Of a stretch of 64,000 bases of DNA, positions 1 to 9,650 are shown one piece after another (positions within the stretch are counted from its first letter, which is position 1; the number at the start of each line of letters is the position of its first letter). A program made the translations under genes and the position numbers. The notes beneath the pieces were generated by a model. That model was not told where the DNA came from. It searched no databases and worked only from the letters and a program-made list of their open reading frames with translations. Source of the stretch: Macrostomum lignano (Eukaryota); assembly GCA_002269645.1 (NCBI GenBank), contig NIVC01003831.1:10650-74649 (forward strand), read 5' to 3'.

Positions 1-3000
1 GTAACGTTGGATCCGTAGCTTGTGTAAGCCGCAGGATCAGCACCGGCTTTGTCCGTCTTTCGCGTTGGCGCGCTACCAGTAAACTCTGGGCTTGGACAAT
101 TGAAAGCTGTAACGTACGATTGAAAATAGTTCATTTCAGATGTTATTATCATTTGAATTTTCGTGAATCATGAGATAAAAACTTCCAGAATACTAAACAA
201 ACTTGGTTCTAGAAGGGGTACGCCAACGTAAGCGACGGTCAAAACTGACTGCAGTGAGAAACTTGTATCAGCTAACTCGTAGAAGCGGCAGAACCTATTC
301 TATCCAAGTCTCAACCACGGGTTCCCTGGATTTCTATTCGACTGTCCTGACAAGTTATTCATTGCAGTCGGATTGGTTCGGAGCTATATGATTGTGGCTC
401 ATTTGCGTCGCTGCTTAAGTCTACGTTTCTTTTTTTACAAAAGCATTTACATTCTTGTTTTTGAGCAAAGGCCAAAATTCTAAAGACTACAAAAAATTTC
501 CCCTTTCTTTTGTTGTGAAGATTTTGTTTGTTTTCTGTGTTAACCAAAGCACAGTTTTTACCATAGCAGGCGGGAATCGTCAGCAGGGCAGTCCAATTTA
601 GTTGCACACTCGACTGCCACGACGTTGGCCGACCGTCTCCTTCGATAAAAAACGTGGCTTTCCAACCCAGGAAGTTGCACTGCAGGTTGAGCCGGTTAGC
701 TTCATTTGCGCCGGAGAACAAGTAGCCAATGCCTTTTTTGCAGGTCACGTTGTAAGCCGAATGCAAAGTGAAGTCAACTGCGGTTATCCCGGGTGTAGTA
801 GAAATTGTTTGGTGCTCCGCAGAGTTCTTTGTAAAGCTGGTGCACGTCAGTGCTGGAAGCGATTCGGTTAAATAAATGTAAAATATTCAATTTTTTATGG
901 TAGCGCTGCTTGTTTTACAATTTGCAAAGTAATTTGACTACCAGCGTAAATGGCTCAGGCTCAAAGAAAATCGCAACTCACGAATACATGCGCCAAACGA
1001 TGGAGCAGCTGCACCGGGAACTGCCGCAATCACAGGGAAAGTTTGCGATGTGCGACCAGCAGAATCGATAGAATAGGTTAGATCCCAACCAGTGTAGTTG
1101 CATCGCAGAGTGGCAGTGTCAGCCTCGTACGGATTTCCCGGCAGGATGTGTCCGTAAGCCGAGCAGCGCACGGACACTGTAGCGCCGTATGACTGCTGGT
1201 TGGCCGGGTCCATGCCTGCTGCTACTAGCGACACGTTCAGCGAAGAGTCAGAAGCTGAGATTGCCAGACATGCGTGAACTGTTAAGGTGGGTTCGTCAGA
1301 TCGGGTTGGTTTGCTGAATACTGTTATAAAGTTCTGTTGCAGTGCAAGGGAGTGGCTATTCATACGGTAGCCTTAAAGCGGAAAATTCGAATTTGAAAGA
1401 ATTCAAAACTTAACCTTTTAATTTGAAAATATAGAGATTTTTTTTACGTTTAATAAAACTAAACCTGGCGTGAACTCTTCAACGACATCGTTCACAACCA
1501 GAGGTGAAGCAATTCTGTCCATTGCGCAGACTCCAGAGCACACGCAAGCGCGCCAATACTGTATGCAGGCACGCACTCATACACACACTTGCACAAGGGT
1601 GTACACAGACCCTAGCTTTCTAATCAATCTGGCATGCACACTTTCGGTGCCTGGGGAGTTGGCTCTCATAAGTGTGAAGCGCACGACCACCTCCGGTCAA
1701 TGTTTCGTTCACAAGCCTTGAGTCGAACCAGGAGTTTTGGCGCTGTATTGCAATCGTTACTCTCTGAGTAAGGGGTGTTAGACGCGCCGGAGGGTGCCGC
1801 TGTACATATCGCTGTACTTTGGCGGGGGGTTGAGGTGTGGGGGTTGGCCACGCCAGCCAGCTTAAAGCCTCTGCACCCGGCCCGGCTTGGCTCCGCCGCC
1901 ATTTCTCAATTTTTTTGCTCAGCCACCGCCATGAGTGCCAGCCCAAAGCGACTAACCGTGCGCCAACTCAAGGCTGAGCTGCGAAACAGAGGCCTGCCTA
2001 CTACGGGCCGCAAACAACAGCTTGCCAAGCGCTTGTCTACTGCACTCGGTTTAGAGCAAGCTGACGAAGACTTCAACAACTCCGAGATGACTTCTGCTCC
2101 GGACGCCGAAGACGGCATCGGCAGCGCGGGCGAGGCGCCTCCGGGGCGGGGAGCGACCGTCTGGCTGCGTTGCGGCAGGAGGTGGAGCTGCTCGAACTGC
2201 AAGTCCTGGAAGGCCGTCGTCGTGATCTTCAGCAACAGCTTCACACTCAGCAGCGCTTGACGGCTCAGCCCCAGCCAGCATCATCATCAGGTGAGCATAA
2301 CGCACATGCCAGTCTGCAGTTGCCCGAGGTTTTTGAATCTGGGATGAGGGAGGCGGCTCAGCTTCAGGCCGCTAATTGCCAGGCTCCGACTCGCAAGTTG
2401 CATCTCGTCAGAGACCACATCAAGCTAGCCAGAGGATCCGGCTCAGCCAGTCAGGAGCAGTTGATCGCCACTATGGAGAATGGCTCGCTCACATTCAGAA
2501 AGCAGGAGCCGAAGCTGTCTAGTATCTCTGCTGGTCAGTGGATCGCGGCCAACTCGATCATCTTGCAAAAGCTGATCAAGGAAAAACTCCCGGTGGCTGC
2601 TGGAAGCACTGATGGTCTCCTGACTGACGTCCTTGGCTACCTTGACTACAATCGCAAGATCGGAGAGCTGCTGGCTGCTGACTACCCAGAGTCCGTAATC
2701 TGGGAGTTTGACGAGGACTACCGGAGGCTGGTGGCGGAGTCGGGCATGGCGTGGGGTGAGGAGCCCCCTCAGTTGTACCACAAGCACCTCAACGCCCCCA
2801 GAAACCTGCGGTTCACGTTCGCTAAGCAGCCCAGCCAGCAGCAAATCCCGGCAGCAACCAGGCCGATCTGTCTGCGCTTCAACTCCGAGTCCGGATGCAA
2901 CCGCCAGAACTGCAAGTTCCGCCACGTCTGCAAAATCCAAGGCTGCCTGGCAGCGCACCCGGCTCATGCTCACACGCAGTCGCCGCAGTCATTTCTCACC

Positions 3001-6000
3001 GGACAGCTGCCGGGTCACGTGACTGGTGCAAGTGCAAAAAACTGATGCCATTTTATCCAGCTGACTGCTCTGCTTTTAATTCCGATTTTTCTGCTTTTAC
3101 TTCTTCGCTGCCCATCTCGTCTGACCTGCAACCTGACGCCTGGAGTGCTCTGCTCAGCGACGACCCAGACCGCGACTTTCTGATGCAAGGCGTCGTCAAC
3201 GGTTTCGCTCTCACCAATGCTGGCCAGCCACCTTTGACTTCGTCCAAGAACCACGCCTCCGCCCTGCTGCACCGCTCTGCTGTGGAAGCCCAGGTCGAGG
3301 AGGAGCTGCGCCTTGGGAGGTACATCCGGTGGAGCGGCCCGATCAAAATCAACCCCATCGGTGCCCTTCCCAAGTCCGACGGGCGGGTCCGCCTGATCCA
3401 TGACCTGTCCTATCCGACCGGCCAGTCTGTCAACGACTTCTACGACCAACAGAAGCACATCAAGTACTGCACTGTCCAGCAGCTGGTTCGTCATCTCCAT
3501 CCGGGACACTACATGGCCAAAATTGATCTCAAAAGCGCCTACAGGTCCGTGCCAATCAGGCCTGCTGACTACCGGCTCGTCGGCCTCGCCTGGCGGTTTG
3601 ACTCGGACAGCCAGGACAGTCTGCTCTGCGACACCAGGCTTCCCTTCGGCGCCAAAGCTGCTTGCGAAGTTTTTCACCGTCTTTCAGCCGCCGTTACCCG
3701 GCACATGCACCGGCTTGGCTTTTCTGCTACGGTGAACTACCTGGATGACTGGGCAGTCGCTGGGAAATCCGAGTCCGAGGCTTTCGCTGCTTTCAATTGC
3801 CTGCTGGACATCTTGCAGCGCCTCGGCTTTGCCATCAACTGGGACAAGGTTGTCAGACCTACGCAATGCATCGACTTCCTTGGCGTGCGCATCAACACCG
3901 CTACCGGCACCAAGTCGCTGCCCGAGGAGAAAGCTCTCGAGACGACAAAGCTGCTGACTCAAACCTGCTCGGAGACTCGGGTGCACATGCGCTCTGCTCA
4001 GAAGCTGATTGGCAAGCTTGGCTGGTTCTGTCAGATTGTCCCTCATGTCAGAGTCTTCCTGCGTCCGCTCTTCGACTGGCTGACAACTGCTGTTGACTGC
4101 AAGCTTTGGGTGACCGATGAGACCCGCGCCAACCTGTCCTGGTGGCTCAGAGCCCTGGCTTGGCTCCCCCCGGTGCCTTTGTGGCCGCGCTTTGATGAGG
4201 AGTTTGCCATGGAGACTGACAGCAGCCGGTCGGGCGCAGCCGCAGTCATCTGGGGTGCCGAGAGTTTCTGGAGTGTCATCGACTGGGAGCTGGACTGCGG
4301 TGGTGTGTTCAAGGATGTTCATATCAACTTCAAGGAGGCTCTGGCACCTTTGCTGATCATCCTGCACCGTCGCTCTCAGCTAAAGAACTGCAAGATTGTC
4401 ATCTACACCGACAGCACCGCTGCGGCTGGCATGATCAATCGACTGAGCTGTCGTGACCCGCGGTTCCTGCAGGTGTACCAGACTGTGGCTCTGCTGTGCA
4501 CCAGGAACAGCATCAGTTTGGAGGCCTTTCACCTTCCTGGTCGCATGCAGATTTTTGCTGATGCCGCCTCCCGCATGTTTGCCTCGCAGTCTGAGCTCAT
4601 TAACTTTTGCTGCCGCTACTACCGTACGCTCGTGATCTGCCCGCTTGAGTTCGCGTCGCACGCGCTCTCTGCCGCTTCCCAATCTCGCCTCCTTTTGCAG
4701 GTCGCCCTCGCCCTCCGGAGACGCCGCCCGCCCGCCGCGCTGTGTCTGCCAGACACCTGTGCCGCCTCGGCCTGGCGGAGAACTCCTGGCGATCCTACCT
4801 CAGCCAGCTGCGCTCCTGGGAAGCCTTCTGTGTTAGCGCAGGCCGCCCTTCATCTCCAGCTGACGGTGACCTGCTCTGCCGCTACATTGCGCACCTGGTG
4901 AGCACCCGGCTCCGGTCTTTCTCTAGCCTCCGATCCTACATCCATGCCGTCTCTTTTCTGCACCAAGCCACCGGCGCCCCCGACCCAGCGAAAGACTTCA
5001 CCGTGCAGCTGGCCCTTCGCGGCGCCAAACGTCATCTCGGCCTGCGATGCAAACAGGCGAAGCCGCTGACCATCGAGCACCTCAAGAGCATCCATCAGCA
5101 GCTCCCGCGCTCCATCTCAAGCGCAGATCTCAGGGCCGCCTTCTGGGCGGCTCTTCTGGTGGGCTGGTGGGGCATGTTGCGCCTTGGCGACTTCCTATCG
5201 ACCCGCGGCAGCCGCTCTGTCTCACGGGCCTGCCTGTCGGCTTCACCTGGCTGCTGGAAGTTGACCCTCCCTAAGTCCAAGACCAACCAGTTCGGGTCGA
5301 CGCCGCATGTCGTTCTTCTGCCACCTGTTCAAGAGTCACCGCTCTGCCCTGTGCGCGCTCTACTGTCTCACCTGCACCTGTCACCAGCCAGCGACCCAAG
5401 GGCGCCGTTCTTTGGCTACGGCCACGGAGGCGAGCTCTCAGCCAGCCAGTTCATCAGCTGTCTTCGTGCGTGTCTGGCTGCGTGCGGCCTTCCAGCTGCG
5501 GGTTTCTCCGGCCACAGCATCCGGCGTGGGGGTGCCAGCTTCTGCCATCAAATCGGCTTGTCAGAATCAGACGTTCGGGCTCTTGGGGGCTGGAGATCGG
5601 ACGCTGTTCTCCGCTACTTTTCTGCCAGCTCTGCCCTGTCGCGCCGCCAGCGCTCTGCTTCTTTCATGGCTTCGCAGCTGCAGGCTGCGTCCACCTGACT
5701 GCCTTCCCGCTTTTACTCCTTCCCTTCCCCATCATTGGGGTTGGGATCCGCTTTCTCGGCCGCTGCCTGCTTTTCGCAACTGACTTTGTCTCGTTTGGCT
5801 CCTTCCGGCGTGTTTAATGCAATCGTTACTCTCTGAGTAAGGGGTGTTAGACGCGCCGGAGGGTGCCGCTGTACATATCGCTGTACTTTGGCGGGGGGTT
5901 GAGGTGTGGGGGTTGGCCACGCCAGCCAGCTTAAAGCCTCTGCACCCGGCCCGGCTTGGCTCCGCCGCCATTTCTCAATTTTTTTTATCTTCTTTTTACA

Positions 6001-6508
6001 AACCAGTAAATATTAACTCATTTAAACTAATAAATAAACGCTTCGCTTGATCCACTGGGATCCGCTTTCTCGGCCGCTGCCTGCTTTTCGCAACTGACTT
6101 TGTCTCGTTTGGCTCCTTCCGGCGTGTTTAATCAGACGCAATTTATCGTTGAGCTGCTCTACCGAAGGATTTAGGCAAACTTTTGCTTTAACGAAACCGT
6201 TTTTAGATTCGGGCAATAGAAGGAGGGACTACCGTACGAGCTACCAATAGCCACTACTTAAAAAGAGACTAAACAATCAAACCCATAAAAATGCAATCAG
6301 CACTCACGGATGCAGGTCAGCGACGAGTTGCTCCACACTGGCACTGGTGGTGACGATTGGCAGACAATGGAAATGGGGGAAACTGGGGGCTTCATTGTCC
6401 GCGAATCAACGTAGCCACTAACGCACTGCATCAGCACTGAGTCGCCCAGCTGATAGTTGCTAAATGAACTATTGGTCAGTGTTTGCACTGATGAGCCGTT
6501 GTTTGACA
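1..6508 (-). CDS. Sushi/CCP-like multi-domain extracellular protein, partial (exons 6508-6308, ~1320 or 1278-982, 852-562, 106-<1)
   Basis: The three complete exons are phase 1-1 with AG/GT ends, and the fourth (from 106) starts in phase 1 and runs off the window. They carry Sushi-like patterns: YQLGDSVLMQCVSGY...IVCQ...WSNSSLTCI; YGATVSVRC...LRCNYTGW...ACI; YNVTC...LQCNFLGW...PACY; FNCPSP...SYGSNVT. The Ngaro element lies in the intron between 6308 and ~1320. Confidence 0.7.
1464..1625 (+). repeat. Unclassified dispersed repeat, copy 1 (others ~10424-10588 and ~61051-61221)
   Basis: 27-nt core agcacacgcaagcgcgccaatactgta is identical in copies 1 and 3, with collinear similarity from cctggc to ctttctaatc. 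Copy 2 is more diverged. Confidence 0.7.
1749..1916 (+). repeat. Ngaro direct repeat A1 (copy A2 at 5818-5985)
   Basis: 168 bp, tgcaatcgttactc...atttctcaattttttt, identical by eye to 5818-5985. Confidence 0.95.
1931..3045 (+). CDS. Ngaro ORF1: SAP domain, coiled coil, gag-like region, C-terminal CCCH/Cys-His finger. Split by an apparent 1-nt deletion near 2144-2146.
   Basis: ATG 1931 gives MSASPKRLTVRQLKAELRNRGLPTTGRKQQLAKRL (SAP pattern). One extra G in ccggggcgggg joins it to the 2170-3045 frame, which ends ICLRFNSESGCNRQNCKFRHVCKIQGCLAAHPAHAH. Confidence 0.8.
3045..4901 (+). CDS. Ngaro ORF2: reverse transcriptase + RNase H
   Basis: RT motifs RLIHDLS, KIDLKSAY, LPFG, YLDD, FLG. RNaseH motifs METDSS, KEAL, YTDS, FADAASR. 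ATG 3045 overlaps the ORF1 stop (TGATG). Confidence 0.93.
   Translation: MPFYPADCSAFNSDFSAFTSSLPISSDLQPDAWSALLSDDPDRDFLMQGVVNGFALTNAGQPPLTSSKNHASALLHRSAVEAQVEEELRLGRYIRWSGPIKINPIGALPKSDGRVRLIHDLSYPTGQSVNDFYDQQKHIKYCTVQQLVRHLHPGHYMAKIDLKSAYRSVPIRPADYRLVGLAWRFDSDSQDSLLCDTRLPFGAKAACEVFHRLSAAVTRHMHRLGFSATVNYLDDWAVAGKSESEAFAAFNCLLDILQRLGFAINWDKVVRPTQCIDFLGVRINTATGTKSLPEEKALETTKLLTQTCSETRVHMRSAQKLIGKLGWFCQIVPHVRVFLRPLFDWLTTAVDCKLWVTDETRANLSWWLRALAWLPPVPLWPRFDEEFAMETDSSRSGAAAVIWGAESFWSVIDWELDCGGVFKDVHINFKEALAPLLIILHRRSQLKNCKIVIYTDSTAAAGMINRLSCRDPRFLQVYQTVALLCTRNSISLEAFHLPGRMQIFADAASRMFASQSELINFCCRYYRTLVICPLEFASHALSAASQSRLLLQVALALRRRRPPAALCLPDTCAASAWRRTPGDPTSASCAPGKPSVLAQAALHLQLTVTCSAATLRTW
4742..5698 (+). 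CDS. Ngaro ORF3: tyrosine recombinase (no ATG; frame open from at least 4700)
   Basis: Catalytic set present: MLRLGD (R), KSKTNQ (K), GHSIRRGG (HxxR), GGWRSDAVLRY (W...Y). Confidence 0.93.
   Translation: MSARHLCRLGLAENSWRSYLSQLRSWEAFCVSAGRPSSPADGDLLCRYIAHLVSTRLRSFSSLRSYIHAVSFLHQATGAPDPAKDFTVQLALRGAKRHLGLRCKQAKPLTIEHLKSIHQQLPRSISSADLRAAFWAALLVGWWGMLRLGDFLSTRGSRSVSRACLSASPGCWKLTLPKSKTNQFGSTPHVVLLPPVQESPLCPVRALLSHLHLSPASDPRAPFFGYGHGGELSASQFISCLRACLAACGLPAAGFSGHSIRRGGASFCHQIGLSESDVRALGGWRSDAVLRYFSASSALSRRQRSASFMASQLQAAST
5742..5818 (+). repeat. Ngaro direct repeat B1 (copy B2 at 6056-6132)
   Basis: 77 bp, tgggatccgctttc...ggcgtgtttaat, identical by eye to 6056-6132. Confidence 0.95.
6029..6038 (+). 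promoter_or_regulatory. Overlapping AATAAA poly(A) signals in the Ngaro A2-B2 spacer
   Basis: aataaataaa about 20 nt upstream of B2. Confidence 0.45.
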
Positions 6509-8043
6509 CTAGTTGGAAGATCTCTTTTGTTGGATCAAAGCTCAGCTGGGGGCACACTGTGCTGCCTAAAATTTTTTTATAGAAAGCATAATTTTTAGAG
6601 TCGCACATTAAACAGCGACTTCCATTCTATATTAGCTACTCTACCGGCTTATTGGATGAGCAAGTCGTCATAGCGTAGCATTATAACTGGTCCATAATGC
6701 ATTGCACTGCACTTCTCACAGGCTCCGTGTAGTTGAGTCATGAGTTTTTTTTTCAATTCACTATTGTCTCACCCTCAGTAGAATTCGTTGACTTCTCAAA
6801 ATTTCTCAATATATAAGCGTATATCGATGGAGCTCGACGCATGGAGAGCTGAAGCACGAAAATAAGGACACTACACTCGGTTTTCTTACAAATCACCTGG
6901 AGGCCGGTAAGGAACTTGTGATTAATTTGTCGTATCGCCAGTGCATTCAATACCGGCCTCTTGATTATTTTTAAGAAATTCGAGTGCAGCACCCTTCCAT
7001 TTCAGCTGTCCATGGCTTTAAGATGGTAAGGATTGCTTAAGACAGTAAGCAATAAATCATTCAGTGGTTACTTGTACAGCTATGGAAAGGTTAGAACACG
7101 CGCTTAAACAAATAAAACTGCTTGATTCTTACCGTTCGCAGCTGATAGAAAAATAACAAAACAGATCCAGAAAAGAGCGGTAGGCTTCAACCGAATAGTT
7201 GACATGGCTCTCGCAAATACGATTCCTCCAGAGTTCATATGGTACTTTCTATAATGCGTGTATAGTAGGAGTAGAAATCACGTTTGAGGTGCAAATAATT
7301 GCTCAAGACAACCACTCCATGTAGTGTCCTCTGTCTGTAGCTGAATTTCTATAGCTGTAAAAATGAGATTTTAGTTTTTAAAGAGAAAATGTATTCTTTG
7401 CTGTATATAGCAGGCACTGAAATGCTATCGGAGGGACGGACTCCTAGCGTGGCTAGTGTTTTCAAGGCATAGCATTGCCATTAGCAACTACAAACTGCTT
7501 GCGCGGTCCTGATGTGAGGTCCTGATTGGCCAGCCAATCGATGGAGACGCATCCGGTATTAGCTCAGCTTTGCGTAGCTACTCCCAAATGCTTATAGCAA
7601 ACCTGCCATGCGATTTTGATGCGACGCTTCTCTGAATAGTTTGCAGCGCTTGAATAATTAAATAAGTGGAGTATGGAAGAGTTGCATAGCTTGCAGGCAC
7701 TCAGCTGCACAATGGAGTCTCTTGGCTGTAAGATTTGCGCTTGTTTTAATGAACCGGCATTGTCACAGATGACGACATTTTTAAACTCCCGCATAAGTCT
7801 TTGGACTAGCACCAGCTGCGCCTCTCCGCATGCTGACTTGCCTACTCCAAACATTGTTTTTTGCATTAATTGTCTTGCCGCTGAAAATTAATGAAAGAGC
7901 CCTTGGAATTCAGACAGACGTAGTGAAAACATAACGAATCTTCTGTGGGCGCTTCATCAATATGATACGAGCTAGAACGTAGCGGTGTGTTGTTTTTAGT
8001 AAGTTTTTGTTGTTTTCTTGCGCACGCATACCAAGGCTAAGGC

Positions 8044-8400
8044 CAGGGGTCGGCAAACTCCGACCCGTGGGTCAGCGAAGCCTTTCTGTTCGGGTCCAAT
8101 TCCCTAGTCGCAATCCGGCCCGCTCAATGTTTATATCTCTTCTCAGCTCCCTTCCCTCTAGTCCCCACTCTCTTTCTTTTCTCTCCTCTTCTCTCCCTTC
8201 TCTCCTCTCCTTTCTTCTCTCCTCTATCCCCTCTCTTCTCCTCTTTCCTCTGTCCTTTGTCCTCTGTCCTCTGTTCTCTCTCCTCTCTGTCCTCTCCCTT
8301 CTCTTCTCTTCTTTCTTCTTGTCTTTCCTCTCTCCTCTTCTCTATTCCTTCTCCTCTCTCCCCTCCTGTGGTCATGTGCTAGATGATCCATCCATCCATC
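8044..8400 (+). mobile_element. hAT-like MITE fragment (left TIR) with internal CT-rich tract
   Basis: Starts caggggtcggcaaact. Shares cggcccgctcaatgtt and a CT tract with 25580-26318, which ends in the matching right TIR. Confidence 0.55.
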
Positions 8401-9114
8401 CAGGTGAAAAACTTTACCGATCTTTGGCTTTGGCCATAAAACTGTAGAATGTGCGCTGATTGTGTAAACGCAGAAATGATTTGAATACAATTGGAGTAGT
8501 AAAATTTAACTTGATCAAAAATCGACAACACACAGAGCTTGATGTCTACGAGCTACATTTAGCAGGCAGGTCTGTATGGTAACAACTCTACTATTGCCAA
8601 AGCAGCTATTTTTAAATTTTGTAGGAAAATAGCTAAACTGCTAGCCAAAAATTCTTATAGCAATCAGTTGTCTAGAACCATTTTTGTCTAGTAAATAAAA
8701 GATTCTGCAGCACAATGAACACTCAGACAGATGCTAGGAAGCAGCGCTCTGACAGAGCTGGCAGCTTTATCAACAGTGAGTCTCTAAAGATTGGGTTGGC
8801 AAAATGCCTTCTCTCATTAAAGTATGATGAATGCGCGGCGCTGAAGCGACCGGCTGCTTAAAAGAGGATTTTCCGACCGATGAATTGTATACAGAAAGCT
8901 CAGCTTATGGAGACTGTGCCGAATATCTGATGAGAAGCCACTAATTGCCACACGTGGAAATGGCACTGTTTCACAACTGGTTTCTACATTGTCGATACTC
9001 TGAGTATTTAGGATAGATGAAGACTGGTCGCTGGAGTTTTAAAGTCAATTCGCGTTACGCTCGAAATCGTGCAAATTTCGTTGTAGCATCTCAACTTTTG
9101 AACTTTGGAATTGA

Positions 9115-9650
9115 AGATCGAGCAGTTACGCATTTTATCTTAGATTTATTAATGAGTTGAGCCACTCAAGTTTGAAAAGAGGACTATTGAAGGTCGAGCA
9201 GTTACGCATTTTATCTGAGATTGATTGAGGAGTTGAGCCTCTCAAGTTTGAAAAGAGGACTAGTGAAGATCGAGCAGTGACGCATTTTATCTGAGATTGA
9301 TTGAGGAGTTGAGCCACTCAAGTTTGAAAAGAGGACTATTGAAGATCGAGCAGTGACGCATTTTATCTTAGATTTATTAATGAGTTGAGCCACTCAAGTT
9401 TGAAAAGAGGACTATTGAAGATCGAGCAGTTACGCATTTTATCTTAGATTTATTAATGAGTTGAGCCACTCAAGTTTGAAAAGAGGACTATTGAAGATCG
9501 AGCAGTTACGCATTTTATCTTAGATTTATTAATGAGTTGAGCCACTCAAGTTTGAAAAGAGGACTATTGAAGATCGAGCAGTTACGCATTTTATCTTAGA
9601 TTTATTAATGAGTTGAGCCACTCAAGTTTGAAAAGAGGACTATTGAAGAT
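9115..9650. repeat. 76-bp tandem repeat, about 7 copies
   Basis: Unit gagcagttacgcattttatcttagatttattaatgagttgagccactcaagtttgaaaagaggactattgaagatc. Confidence 0.9.

Larger units (their letters stand above)
1749..6132 (+). mobile_element. Ngaro-type tyrosine-recombinase (DIRS order) retrotransposon with split direct repeats A1-ORFs-B1-A2-B2
   Basis: A1 1749-1916 matches A2 5818-5985, and B1 5742-5818 matches B2 6056-6132. Internal ORFs are gag-like, RT/RNaseH and YR. No methyltransferase domain is evident after RNaseH, which favours Ngaro over DIRS/PAT. No TSD. Confidence 0.93.

Noticed and set aside
2443-5286. Antisense ORFs inside the Ngaro element (and likewise in MTR, DYRK and Gypsy exons)
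   Set aside because: Expected shadows of GC-rich sense coding sequence, with no motifs
1749-6132. Classification as DIRS-1-type
   Set aside because: It has split direct repeats rather than inverted termini with an ICR, and no methyltransferase domain is evident
9115-9650. CRISPR-like reading of this and the other arrays
   Set aside because: Head-to-tail units with no unique spacers, no cas genes, and a eukaryotic context
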